NCBI RefSeq assembly: GCF_964204865.1
Contig: NC_135261.1
Coordinates: 14,570,001 to 14,634,000 of the forward strand
Direction: 5' to 3'
Source of the DNA: Styela clava
Taxonomy: Eukaryota
DNA: 64,000 nucleotides
The notes beneath the pieces were generated by a model. That model worked only from the letters and a program-made list of their open reading frames with translations, searched no databases and was not told where the DNA came from. Below, in pieces: positions 1 to 11,882 of this stretch; the first letter of the stretch is position 1, and each line of letters opens with the position of its first letter. Both the position numbers and the translations under genes were made by a program.

Positions 1-3000
1 TGCACAAGTTTTTTTGTCGTTGTGTTTGCTTTCGTTTCCAGAACCAATGGTAAGAGCATGTTCATTATTATGTTTTGTTCATTTATTTGCTTTCAATATT
101 CCGTCTATATAAACATCATTTTTTTTATTTAAATTACTACCTTTCAGCATTAACATGTTATACGTGCTCTGATTCCAACTACAATGGTGAAGCAGCAGAA
201 ACATGTTTTTCAACGGTGTCCGGGACGACGTCCTCTGCAACCTGTACAGCTGATAGTGGAACAACCGTGTATTATTGTCGATCACAATTTACTATTACAG
301 ACGGTTTGTGATTTAGCATTTTTAACATTTTTATTGTCATTGTCTTCGAAAAAGATCTAGTATGAATTAACAGAAAACTTCAACATGCAAACAATAAAAA
401 GCATATTCACCAAAACAGTATAAAATGTATATGTTCAAATTTATTTTACTTAAAATCTGTTTAATTTTATTGGTAATTTTATTAACTTACCAAATACATC
501 AAATTCGCTGATTCTTACAATCTTGAGAAATTATTAGGTTTTACATTATCACGTTAACAATTTGGGCACTATCAAATCATTTTGGAACGATTTTTACGAA
601 AGATACCCTTGAGATCACTTCCATATCAAAACGGATACGCTAACAAAACTTTTGTTTTCGATCAAAATAGAAAAAAAGACAAGTGTGAGCATGGATTGTG
701 AACACTCTTCTTCAAAAATATAAATTGTAATAAAGAATACCATAATATTTGTTTGGAGTAGCGGTAATATTTTAAAATAGGAAACATAGTGCGCGAAGTT
801 GAATATAAAGTTGATATTGTGTGATTTTATTTCTAACAATTTTGCATACAGGAGTCACAACTGCAATCGCTAGGGCATGTGTTGCCAGTACAGGTGATGA
901 GGATGCTAATACAGAAGCGGTTCCTACTTCAGACAAGTGTACCACAGTTCTTGATGAAAGTGGAAATCCTACCGGCATTACGACTTGCTCCTTCCATTGT
1001 ACAACCGACAATTGCAATACCAAATCTACAAGTAAGTAGTCAAATGCACAGGAGTCGATGCTGTAAGTTTTCTAAGGTATATTTATGTGTCAAAAATAAC
1101 GTAAAAATCTGAATTGCAGTGTCATCAATATTAAACAAAATACACAATAAGCGCTATAATAAGACTTCGTATATACTGTATATAAAGGGTTGTAATCATT
1201 CACTTGAATCACAAGGGAATTGCCCACCCTTTGTGTATTTATTAGAGTGATTTAATTTATTAAAACATGATTTAGCCTCTCTGGTGCAATGTTCAACCAA
1301 TTGCAATAGTGGGAGTAGCGGAGGAAGTTGTAACTACATCACAGGAACATGCGTTTGCAAGAGTGGATTCAGTGGATCAGATTGTACGACTGCAAGTGAG
1401 ATTTTTTTATTCACTGTTTATATATTGGGAAGTAAGAATGAAAAAAAAAATGTTGAAAATATCATTCATTAATAACAATTCATTTTATTAAACATTTTTA
1501 GCTACAACCACCTCGACAGTATTAAGAAAATGTGTTCAGTGTAACTCAGAAACCGATAGTGGATGCAGTTCATCGACAACAAGCGTGGATTGCCCAGGAA
1601 GTGAAACTTTCTGTTCTACAACAACTTCCACTATCTATGACGCATGTGGGCAATATACTACTTTTTATTATTAAATATAATATCCTTTAATACGACAAAA
1701 TGATCATTGAGAAAAAAAAATTATTTTTTTAGCTGATGCGATTATCCGCACTGTCACAACCAGAGGTTGCACGACATTGTTCAAAGCTGTGGATGAATGT
1801 AGTTTTAATGATATTCATACCGATGCTCCAATCAGCGATTCAAGTGTAGGATACAAAGAGTTCAACTGTTTTTCTACTTGTGATACTGATGGCTGCAATA
1901 CTAATACAGGTGAGAGTTGTTAGAACTTTGCTTTTCGCGTAATCATTTCAGATAAATATATTTCAGACAAAATGTTGAATACTAAAGTTAGACAAGTTAT
2001 CTAGCAAATATACCTAAACACTACACTCTTAGATCAAAAATTCGCGGAGTAAAAATCGAGTTTACACCAGTAATTCTTCACCTTTTGAAGTGGATGTAAA
2101 TCCGTCGATGAAACTTTTACTATTGAGGGTTTATTTATTGCAGCCGATGGAGTGATCAATGGAAACGAAGCGATTGTATTGCAATGTGTTGTATGTAGTG
2201 ATACCACTGGTTCGGGAAGTTGTGACACAGCTACTGCAAGACAAGCTTGTGCCAGCGGTTCAACGCATTGTAAGGCCACAGCCATTTATTTGATTTCCGA
2301 CAGAACTGATTTATCGTACTCGGGTAAGTTAGAGTTTTCTGAATATGAACTTAAACATTGTATTCTGCTCTTCAGTCTTCACTGGCCATTTTATTTAGTG
2401 ATCGTATATGCATAATTGTTGAAATTGACTGAGCACATATTGCGTGTATCATATCTATCACAATTTTATTTAGTTCGAAAATATATATAGAAATAAATTT
2501 TTAGGCTTGTTTTCATTTTTTAGGTATTCATAGTATTTTTTTTTTATTCATTTTTTTACACTACTCTGAGCTGTCTCTTTGACGTAATACGGAGCAAGTC
2601 TCTGATAGCCGGTAGCTGATGACAATTTGTCAATGGTGATACACTCACTACAGCAGAGATCGCTTGCGAGTGTAGTCATTATGAAGATTTTTACTTATTG
2701 GCTAGTTTTGGGGGAATTTTGTCCGGATCCGAAATATAATAGATGAATTTGTAACAAAATCACTTTTTTTCAATACAGCCGCGCCAGGATATAAACTTGT
2801 TAGTCTTGTGCGTGAATGCGCAACGGCTTCTGTAACGACTGAATGTACGGAATCTTCAATCGGAAGTCTTAGCTTGAAAAAAGTTACTTGTGCTGAAACT
2901 TGCCAGGGTGACGGGTGTAACACAGGATGGCGTAAGTTCCATTCATAGTTTCAACTTTTATTACATCAGTATTGAATTTTGGGAACATGCATTGGATAAA

Positions 3001-4168
3001 CATTGGCTTTGAATATGATATAATGTTCATAAAAAATTATTTTTTTAAATATACAGTTAGTATCATTTTCACATGTTTTTTCGTTATCTGTAAATATAAT
3101 AGTTTATATTGCGTAAATAATTAATGTTTTTCAACGTTATTTCTTGTTGGATAAGAAGTTGATCGATTTGTTATTATGTTGTTGTTGTTCTTGCTCTGGT
3201 TGCTGTTCTTATTATTTTATTCTTACCGTTATTAAAAAAATCGCTTTTCATTTCAACTACCGTACTAATTGCTTGAAAGGTTCGGTGCTTGAAGATTGTA
3301 TTTTTTGGTAAAAGGCCATATATTTGAGCTCTTCTCAATTCTCTAAATTTCATAATTCAATGTGTTTCAGCTGCAAGACCCGAATGTATCACATGCTCGT
3401 CACATCTCGTATACGATACTGATGACTATGATCAATGCCTTGAAAATCCTCCTGTGGCTGCTGCTTGTACTTTTCCGTATGAAGCATACTGCGTGATCCA
3501 AGAAAGCGGAATACAAAAGGGAAACAGAAGTACGTAACTGGAACTCCCTATATCCATTTGTACAGTTGAGATATTAAAATACTGGTTTAGATTTTCAAAT
3601 TCGTTATCGTTACAGAAAGTGTTGAGGGATATCCTCGAAGAATAACTCGCGGTTGCTTCCATTCTGACATCGGAACTGCCTGCTCTACTTACACTCCTCG
3701 TGACACAGAAATGGAGTCATGCAATCGTACATGCACAACAGATGGATGTAATGTCGGTAAGTTATAGCTAATATAGAGATTTAAAAATGAGCAACTTCAT
3801 AAATATAAATGTTGTAACATTTGAGGAACTTATGGTTGTGTGTGTTCTATTTTTCTAATGAATATTTGAAGACATTTGATTACATCGTCACACAAAATAA
3901 TTGGTTGCTTCATAAATGTGAAATTGGTATCTTAAGTGCTGCAACTCATCTGCCATGTTCTGAATTTTCAACGTCTACGGTGTGGTATGAATATATTTAC
4001 GATAAATGAAAACTTTAAAAACTAACGAAACATATCTTTAACCTAATTATGTACACATTTTAAAGTTGTATATATCATAATATTTCAGGCAGTGGAAGCT
4101 CTATTCCGTTCCAGACGATGATCACCGTCGTAGCATTTGCTCTTCTTGGAAAGCTAACACAAATATAA
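1..4168 (+). CDS. Array copy 1: GPI-anchored LU-EGF-LU-LU-LU (Ly6/uPAR multidomain) protein, ATG just 5' of window; divergent 5' part, A-type 3' end
   Basis: Exons <1-49 (signal peptide ..CTSFFVVVFAFVSRTN), 148-303, 852-1031, 1276-1395 (EGF), 1502-1645, 1733-1909, 2144-2323, 2779-2931, 3371-3529, 3616-3756, 4089-4168. All introns are GT-AG and phase 1; the frame is open to TAA 4166-4168. Tail GSGSSIPFQTMITVVAFALLGKLTQI. Confidence 0.85.
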
Positions 4169-4670
4169 GTTCTTATACTCGTGATTATATCAAATATTTA
4201 TCTAAATACCAGTATTGTTTTATGCAGATTTCATTTTATTGTTACTATGTTACAACGTTATAAAAAAATTTAATTTTATTCAAAGATAAATTTGTATTGA
4301 GAAATTGTTTTATTCATTTTCACGTTTTTAACAACAAATCCCACTTCAAGCGTGTCAATTATCATTCCCTCATGCTTGATCATGTACAAAATGATGTTTC
4401 CTGACCCGGTTCAGTAGTTAGATCTGTATATCGATGTGTAATTAATGTCACGTGCGAAATATTTTTAGAATTGTTTGTGTGTTTTACATGCATGCTGATT
4501 TTCATTCTCATTGTTAGGTCTAAAAACCGTTCAAATTTTCATGATAACACTGCAACATTATGTTATAATTTTGTTCATACGTAGTTCATTCAGCGACGAT
4601 GACTCTTTATTAATACATCAGAAAAAGTGATTTCACAAATATGTATGTAATCTTGACGAGTCGCCATAAA

Positions 4671-4676
4671 AATAAA
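4671..4676 (+). terminator. Candidate polyadenylation signal of A-type 3' UTR (repeated after copies 2-5)
   Basis: AATAAA about 500 nt after the stop, directly after the conserved CTTGACGAGTCGCCATAA block and followed by GT/T-rich sequence. Confidence 0.5.
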
Positions 4677-5265
4677 TATAGTCCAACAGTACAGCGTGTT
4701 ATATTATTTTTTGTACAGAAAAGTAGTCAGAACTAGTAGTAACGCTTCGATATATGTTACGATTTACAATTTTAAGGATGAGGGTTGTGCTGCTTTGTAC
4801 CAGTGAATCCCTCAAAATACGGCGCGGAAACAGTTCATTCACACTATCAGAAATTTCAAGTAATTTAATATTTTTTTTCAATTTTACGATCAAGCCCTAC
4901 AACGCATGTTTTGAACTGACCGAAGAATTTGATGAAAAATTTGCATGAACAATTGAGTAATGAAATTGATAATTTTGATTAAATTGAAATATTTAACAAA
5001 CATATTTCATCGTTTATTGCGTTGCTGTTTCTTTCATAGCCATGAGCTATAGATGAATATTCAGCGGAAACGAGAGTGAGAACGCACTGTATGATTTTAA
5101 ATACGTCTGGAATTTAATTAAAAAAGTTTCACATCCAGTTATGGGGAAAATATACGCGAGATCATGTTTAAAGTGGAAACAATAGATTTTTAAATCATAG
5201 CATACCACCGTTATAGTTACAATATACACACTGTAAACTGTATAAACTATATACCCTATATTCAC

Positions 5266-5273
5266 TATATAAA
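5266..5273 (+). promoter_or_regulatory. A-type TATA box (also 11039, 16819, 22590)
   Basis: TATATAAA at the position homologous to the B-type TATA; followed by TTCAGG about 25 nt later and a candidate donor GGTAG|GTAGG at ~5320. Confidence 0.55.
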
Positions 5274-5524
5274 TCAAAAGCACAAAAATATTCAGGTCAA
5301 TTTACTTTGCTGGTGGTAGGTAGGATGTGGCTGGAACGGTTCGTAATTGTTTTGGTCGTTCAATCCAATCATATGTGGTGTAACAGGCGCATTAGTTTGA
5401 GAAACTTAGATTTGTATACTTTCATCGACGAAGTTGATTTTTTATACGATGCTTACTCGAGACTTTCGCTCCGAACAAGGCCACGTACAATCAGCTGCTG
5501 CATTTAAAAACATGTGTAAACTAA

Positions 5525-5683
5525 TGTTTATTTAAATGGCCTGGAATCTTCCGGTTTGGCATTTGCTTGCCCTATTTACCAAACCCTGGGTGAGGTGGTG
5601 AGGATGAGATTTGAACTCAAGATTTCTAATTTACGATGCTAACATAGCTGATTCTAACGCATCAACTGCCATGTCAGCGCGGC
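5525..5683 (-). mobile_element. tRNA(Ser/Leu)-derived SINE-like element in A-type 5' region (also 11298-11456, 17078-17236, 22852-23010, 28133-28291)
   Basis: Minus strand of the copy-6 version: GCCGCGGTGACCTGGCGGTTGATGCG (A-box-like) ... TGAGTTCAAATCTCA (B box in a T-stem-loop) TCCCCACCA, followed by non-tRNA body and an A-rich end. Confidence 0.6.
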
Positions 5684-6109
5684 AACTGAAATATTCACGT
5701 ATTACCTAAATATATGTTTGTATGAGTGGGATAATTTGGGAATTAATTTTGAGTTAAGTATATTTAGCAAATGATTATAGTCTTAAAACTTTTAAATCAG
5801 ACTCGTATTGTAGTATCATGCTCGGCCAATCGTTGAAGCGGAATTTTATTATATTAAAAAATGATTTTAATAACTTATTGAAATACTCGACTGAAAATAT
5901 TTCATTGAATATCTTATATACATTTTCCAGTATATTTAAAAATTATGATTTATTTGTAATCTGAGAAATTTTCAGTAACTTAATTTTTCTAATTTAATAT
6001 ATGAAATCTTTAAACTTCCTAATGTTTTAATACGAGATTTTTTTTCAAATTTGAGTGATGTTATTATTTACAGTTATAAAACTCAAATTTCATTTTACAT
6101 CAAATAATC

Positions 6110-9100
6110 ATGAAACTATTCACGTCTTTCTTCGTGATGTTCTATACTTTTGGCTGCACATACGGTAAGTTCGATGAGAGGTGTTTTTGAAAATTTCGAA
6201 GCAATCGGCGTAGACGAAAAATTATACAAAAAGTTTAGCCTTCAACATATACATTGCTTTTATCCAGTTTGAAATAGATATTAAGTATGACACATAAAAA
6301 ACGACTAATATTGAGCACATCAAATTGAATTTGTCATTTCGATAAAGTTAATTTACATGACCTCTATGATTTATACTGATTTGTAAACAAGATAAACCCG
6401 GTTCTTTTATGCTTGTGCTTAACTTCAGATCACTTATACCTCTTGAACAATATTTATGAAAATTTATTATTTTAGGTTTGAATTGCTACACCTGCACAGA
6501 TACTAGTTATGATGGAGAGGCAGCAGAAACTTGTTTCACTACTGTATCAGGGACAACACCTTCTACTGCTTGTACAGCTGATTCGGGAACAACTGTGTAT
6601 TACTGTAGTACAAAATTCACAGTTGATGATGGTAAAGTTAAACTTTTCTGTTTTTCAACTAAAAGTTGCTCTGATATCAAAAAGCAATAAAACCATATTT
6701 CTGCTATCGATATTGTTAAGGTGTCACTACGGGTGTTGTGCGAGGCTGTGCTGCGAGTACTTCTGATGAAGACACTCACTCCGACGCAGTTCCAACCGCA
6801 GATAGATGCATAACTGCACTTGATGCTATCGGCAATCCAACCGCGACCACAGAATGCTACTATCATTGCAGCACACCTGACAACTGTAACACTGAAAATA
6901 CAGGTTTGCATTTAGGATTGATTGTTTGTATTGTACAAGATGAGAAGAAAAGAATGTATGATATGATATTTTTTTCAGCCTCGTTGAAACAATGCCCAAA
7001 TGATTGTAACATAGGAAGCTCTCAAGGAAGCTGCAACTATATTACCGGAGTATGCGTTTGTGCCTCAGGATGGTCTGGTACTGATTGCAACACGGCAGTT
7101 AGTAAGTAAATTTCTTATGTACTGATTCTTACAAACATTTCCTGTGGTATTGCGTGTTGTACTGAACAAAAATCAATTTTAGCTACAGAGAATAAAAGTG
7201 CAAGTACCATGCATTTATACTATATATTTATACTGGAGCTCCAGAAGTATGTGCACCAAGATGACGTACAACATAGTATGTGTATCAGATTATAGTTCAG
7301 TTTGTGCGCCATCTTGGTGCTCTTACTTTGGGAGCGCCTTTATACTTTATATTTCGAGATGTCCCAAAACGGGTGGTACAGAAAAATATGACAGGGCTAA
7401 TCACGTTCAAAAATATTACTATAAGTAATAATACTAATTTTTCAGAACGAAAGATAAAAAATGACACAAACAAGTTCAATTCGAAAGTTTCTCAGAGATG
7501 ACCATATATCTAGAAATAGGACGAAACGTTTTTATTAGAGTTGAACATGTAATGTAAAATCTACCCAGAGTAATAATATAAAAAATGTGTAAACATTTTT
7601 ATTAAAATAAGTAAATTTATTGAATATTCTATGTTTTCCTAGCTTCAACCTCAAGCGGGGCCTCCAGAAAATGTGTTCAGTGTAACTCGGAAATTGATAG
7701 CGGATGTACTACATCAACAACAAGTGTAGATTGTCCAGGGACTCAAGCATATTGCTCTACAAGAACATCAACCATTTTTGACGGATGTAGGTAGAATTGT
7801 TATATTTAACGGAAATTGAGAAGCGGAAAAAAACTGTATATATTATTTCATATTCAGCCGATGCAGTTATCCGCACTGTCACCACTAAAGCTTGCACATC
7901 TGATTTCAAAGCTGTTGATCAATGTGTATTCAACGATATTTACACTGACTCACCAATTAGCGATACAAGTGTTGGTTACAGCGAGTTTAACTGTTTCTCT
8001 ACCTGCGATACCGATGATTGCAACACCAACACAGGTTTGATTTTTAACATTGATATATTTTTTTCATACCGTTTTGTTATAAAACAGTGAAATGTTCTAA
8101 TTGGAATTTAAATATTTTTTTGGACAGTTTGGTAGAATAGGAAATTGATAACCGACATGATACTAATATTTGTGCTTCAGCTGATGGAGTGATCAACGGT
8201 AATGAAGCAGTTGTGCTCCAATGTGTCGTTTGTAGTGATACCACAGGAGCCGGTACCTGCAACACGGCAACAGCAAGACAAGCTTGTCCGAGCGGATCAA
8301 CTCATTGCAAACATACAGCAATATACCTTATATCTGACAGAGTTGATCTTTCTTACGCAGGTGGAAAAATTATATTTGTACAAAATATACCTGTAGGGCA
8401 AAATTAGTAATTTGTTCAAATTTCTTTCAAAATTTTGGCTGTTTTCTAATAAATTATATTGTAATAAGTATAAGCATTCATAGAGTGGCTATAATATTTA
8501 CGAAGCACAACTACAAGCAAATAATGATTAATATAATATTCCGAAAATGCAGATATTTGCAGAGTAGACATTTCATTTTTTACATTAATATATACAAATC
8601 TTTCATTTTTGAGAAAGGTTAAGGTTAAACTATCACTAACGCAAATAAACCTATAACAGCCGATCCAGAATTTAAACTTGTTAGTGTTGTACGTCAGTGC
8701 GCCACTGCTGCCGTGACAAGCCAATGCACTGAAGCTTCAGTTGGAAGTCTCAGTTTCAAGAAAGTTACTTGCACTGAAACATGCCAGGGTGACGGATGTA
8801 ACGTTGGATGGCGTGAGTTCTATTTTACATTTATTCAACCTGAAGTTTAGTGTGTTTGAAACATATTTAAGATTCATTTTTTTTCATCAATGTTAAATAC
8901 TGGAAGTACGTAATAATAAAATAAACACTGGATTTGAATATGATAAAATGTTTGAAAAATCCACTTATTAAAAGATACAGTTATTAATATTTTCACGCCA
9001 CTAGTAGTTTCTTCGTTGTCCAAAATTGATGCATACTCAAATTCCAATAATTACGATTAATTCATATTACGTCAATAGATGATGTTTTCTACGTTATTTC

Positions 9101-9929
9101 TCGCTAATTTTATAATTCGATGCGTTTTAGCTGCAAGACCCGAATGCATCACATGCTCGTCACATCTCATATACGATACTGATGACTATGATCAATGCCT
9201 TGAAAATCCTCCTATGGCTGCTGCTTGTACTTATCCGTATGAAGCATACTGCGTGATCCAAGAAAGCGGAAAAAAAAAGGGAAGCAGAAGTACGTAACTG
9301 GAACTCCCTATATCCATTTGTACAGTTGAGATATTAAAATATTGTTTTAGATTTTCAAATTTGTTATCGTTACAGAAAGTGTTGAGGGATATCCTCGAAG
9401 AATAACTCGCGGTTGCTTCCATTCTGACATCGGAACTGCCTGCTCTACTTACACTCCTCGTGACACAGAAATGGAGTCATGCAATCGTACATGCACAACA
9501 GATGGGTGTAATGTCGGTACGATATAGCTAATCTAGAGATTTTAAAATTGAGCAACTTCATAAATATAAATGTTGTAACATTTGAAGAACTTATGGTTGA
9601 GTGTGTTCTATTTTTCTAATGAATATATGAGAACATATGATTACATCGTCACACAAAATACTTGGTTTCTTTATAAATGTAAAATTGGTATCTTGAGTGC
9701 TGCAACTCATCTGCCATATTCTGAATTTTCAACGTCTACGGTGTGGTATGAATATATTTACGATAAATGAAAACCTAAAAAACTAACGAAACATATCTTT
9801 AACTTAATTTTTTACACATTTTAAAGTTGTACATATCATAATATTTCAGGCAGTGGAAGCTCTATTCCGTTCCAGACGATGATCACCGTCGTAGCATTTG
9901 CCATTCTTGGAAAGCTAACACAAATATAA
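6110..9929 (+). CDS. Array copy 2: intact 516-aa signal peptide-LU1-EGF-LU2-LU3-LU4-GPI protein (A-type)
   Basis: Exons 6110-6164 (MKLFTSFFVMFYTFGCTYG), 6476-6631, 6721-6903, 6979-7101, 7643-7786, 7858-8034, 8181-8360, 8660-8812, 9131-9289, 9376-9516, 9850-9929, total 1551 nt with no internal stop. Four domains have 10 Cys, start CxxC and end C-x3-C-x4/5-CN. EGF: CPNDC..GSCNYITGVCVCASGWSGTDC. Confidence 0.9.
7235..7338. mobile_element. MITE in intron 4 of copy 2, 8-bp TSD
   Basis: Imperfect TIRs GGAGCTCCAGAAGTATGTGCACCAAGATG / CATCTTGGTGCTCTTACTTTGGGAGCGCC flanked by TTTATACT (7227-7234, 7339-7346); absent from copies 5-10. Confidence 0.88.
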
Positions 9930-11882
9930 GTTCTTATACTCGTGATTATATCAAATATTTATCTAAATACCAGTATTGTTTTACGCAGATTACATTTTAT
10001 TGTTACTTTGTTACAACGTTATACAAAAATTTAATTTTATTCAAAGACAAATTTGTATTGAGAAATTGTTTTATTCATTTTCATGTTTCTAACAACAAAT
10101 CCCACTTCAAGCGTGCCAATTATCATTCTCTCATGCTTGATCATGTACAAAATGATGTTTTCTGACCCGGTTCAGTAGTTAGTAGTTAGTTCAGATCTTT
10201 ATATCGATGTGTAATAAATGTCACGTGCGGAATATTTTTAGAATTGTTTGTGTGTTTTACACGCATGCTGATTTTCATTCTCACAGTTAGGTCTAAAAAC
10301 CTTTGAAATTTTCATGATAACACTGCAACATTGTGTTATAATTTCGTGTATGCGTAGTTCATTCAGCGACGATGACTCTTTATTAATACATCTGGAAAAG
10401 TGATTTCACAAATATGTATGTAATCTTGACGAGTCGCCATAAAAATAAATATAGTCCAACAGTACAGTGTGTTATATTATTTTTTGTACAGAAAAGTAGT
10501 CAGAATTAGTAGTAACGCTTTGATATACCTTACGATTCACAATTTTAAGGATGAGGATTGTGCTGCTTCGTACCAGTGAATCCCTCAAAATACGGCGCGG
10601 AAACAGTTCATTCACACTATCAGAAATTTCAAGTCATTTAATATTTTTTTTCAATTTTACGATCAAGCCCTACAACGCATGTTTTGAACTGACCGAAGAA
10701 TTTGATGAAAAATTTGCATGAACAATTGAGTAATGAAATTGATAATTTTGATTAAATTGAAATATTTAACAAACATATTTCATCGTTTATTGCGTTGCTG
10801 TTTCTTTCATAGCCATGAGCTATAGATGAATATTCAGCGGAAACGAGAGTGAGAACGCACTGTATGATTTTAAATACGTCTGGAATTTAATTAAAAAAGT
10901 TTCACATCCAGTTATGGGGAAAATATACGCGAGATCATGTTTAATGTGAAAACAACAGATTTTTAAATCATAGCATACCACCGTTATAGTTACAATATAC
11001 ACACTGTAAACTGTATAAACTATATACCCTATATTCACTATATAAATCAAAAGCACAAAAATATTCAGGTCAATTTACTTTGCTGGTGGTAGGTAGTATG
11101 TGGCTGGAACGGTTCGTAATTGTTTTGGTCGTTCAATCCAATCATATGTGGTGTAACAGGCGCATTAGTTTGAGAAACTTAGATTTGTATACTTTCATCG
11201 ACGAAGTTGATTTTTTATACGATGCTTACTCGAGACTTTCGCTCCGAACAAGGCCACGTACAATCAGCTGCTGCATTTAAAAACATGTGTAAACTAATGT
11301 TTATTTAAATGGCCTGGAATCTTCCGGTTTGGCATTTGCTTGCCCTATTTACCAAACCCTGGGTGAGGTGGTGAGGATGAGATTTGAACTCAAGATTTCT
11401 AATTTACGATGCTAACATAGCTGATTCTAACGCATCAACTGCCATGTCAGCGCGGCAACTGAAATATTCACGTATTACCTAAATATATGTTTGTATGAGT
11501 GGGATAATTTGGGAATTAATTTTGAGTTAAGTATATTTAGCAAATGATTATAGTCTTAAAACTTTTAAATCAGACTCGTATTGTAGTATCATGCTCGGCC
11601 AATCGTTGAAGCGGAATTTTATTATATTAAAAAATGATTTTAATAACTTATTGAAATACTCGACTGAAAATATTTCATTGAATATCTTATATACATTTTC
11701 CAGTATATTTAAAAATTATGATTTATTTGTAATCTGAAAAATTTTCAGTAACTTAATTTTTCTAATTTAATATATGAAATCTTTAAACTTCCTAATGTTT
11801 TAATACGAGATTTTTTTTCAAATTTGGGTGATGTTATTATTTACAGTTATAAAACTCAAATTTCATTTTACATCAAATAATC

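Noticed and set aside
2556-2680. Possible small MITE in intron 7 of copy 1
   Set aside because: The inverted ends are too degenerate, with no clear TSD or empty site for comparison.
3165-3235. Degenerate (TTG/TTA)n tract near the copy 1 chimera boundary as a recombination trigger
   Set aside because: Common low-complexity intron sequence, more than 100 nt from the switch and not present at other breakpoints.
4590-4670. SECIS-like motif in the 3' UTR (GCGAC-G-ATGA..TGAC-GA-GTCGC) together with Cys>TGA changes in copies 6 and 9
   Set aside because: Helix II does not pair, intact copies have no in-frame TGA, and both TGA-bearing copies have many other disabling lesions.
6110-9929. Naming the gene as PLAUR, CD177, tenascin or a toxin
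   Set aside because: Only the cysteine pattern and one generic EGF repeat are shared; orthology cannot be supported, so no symbol is given.
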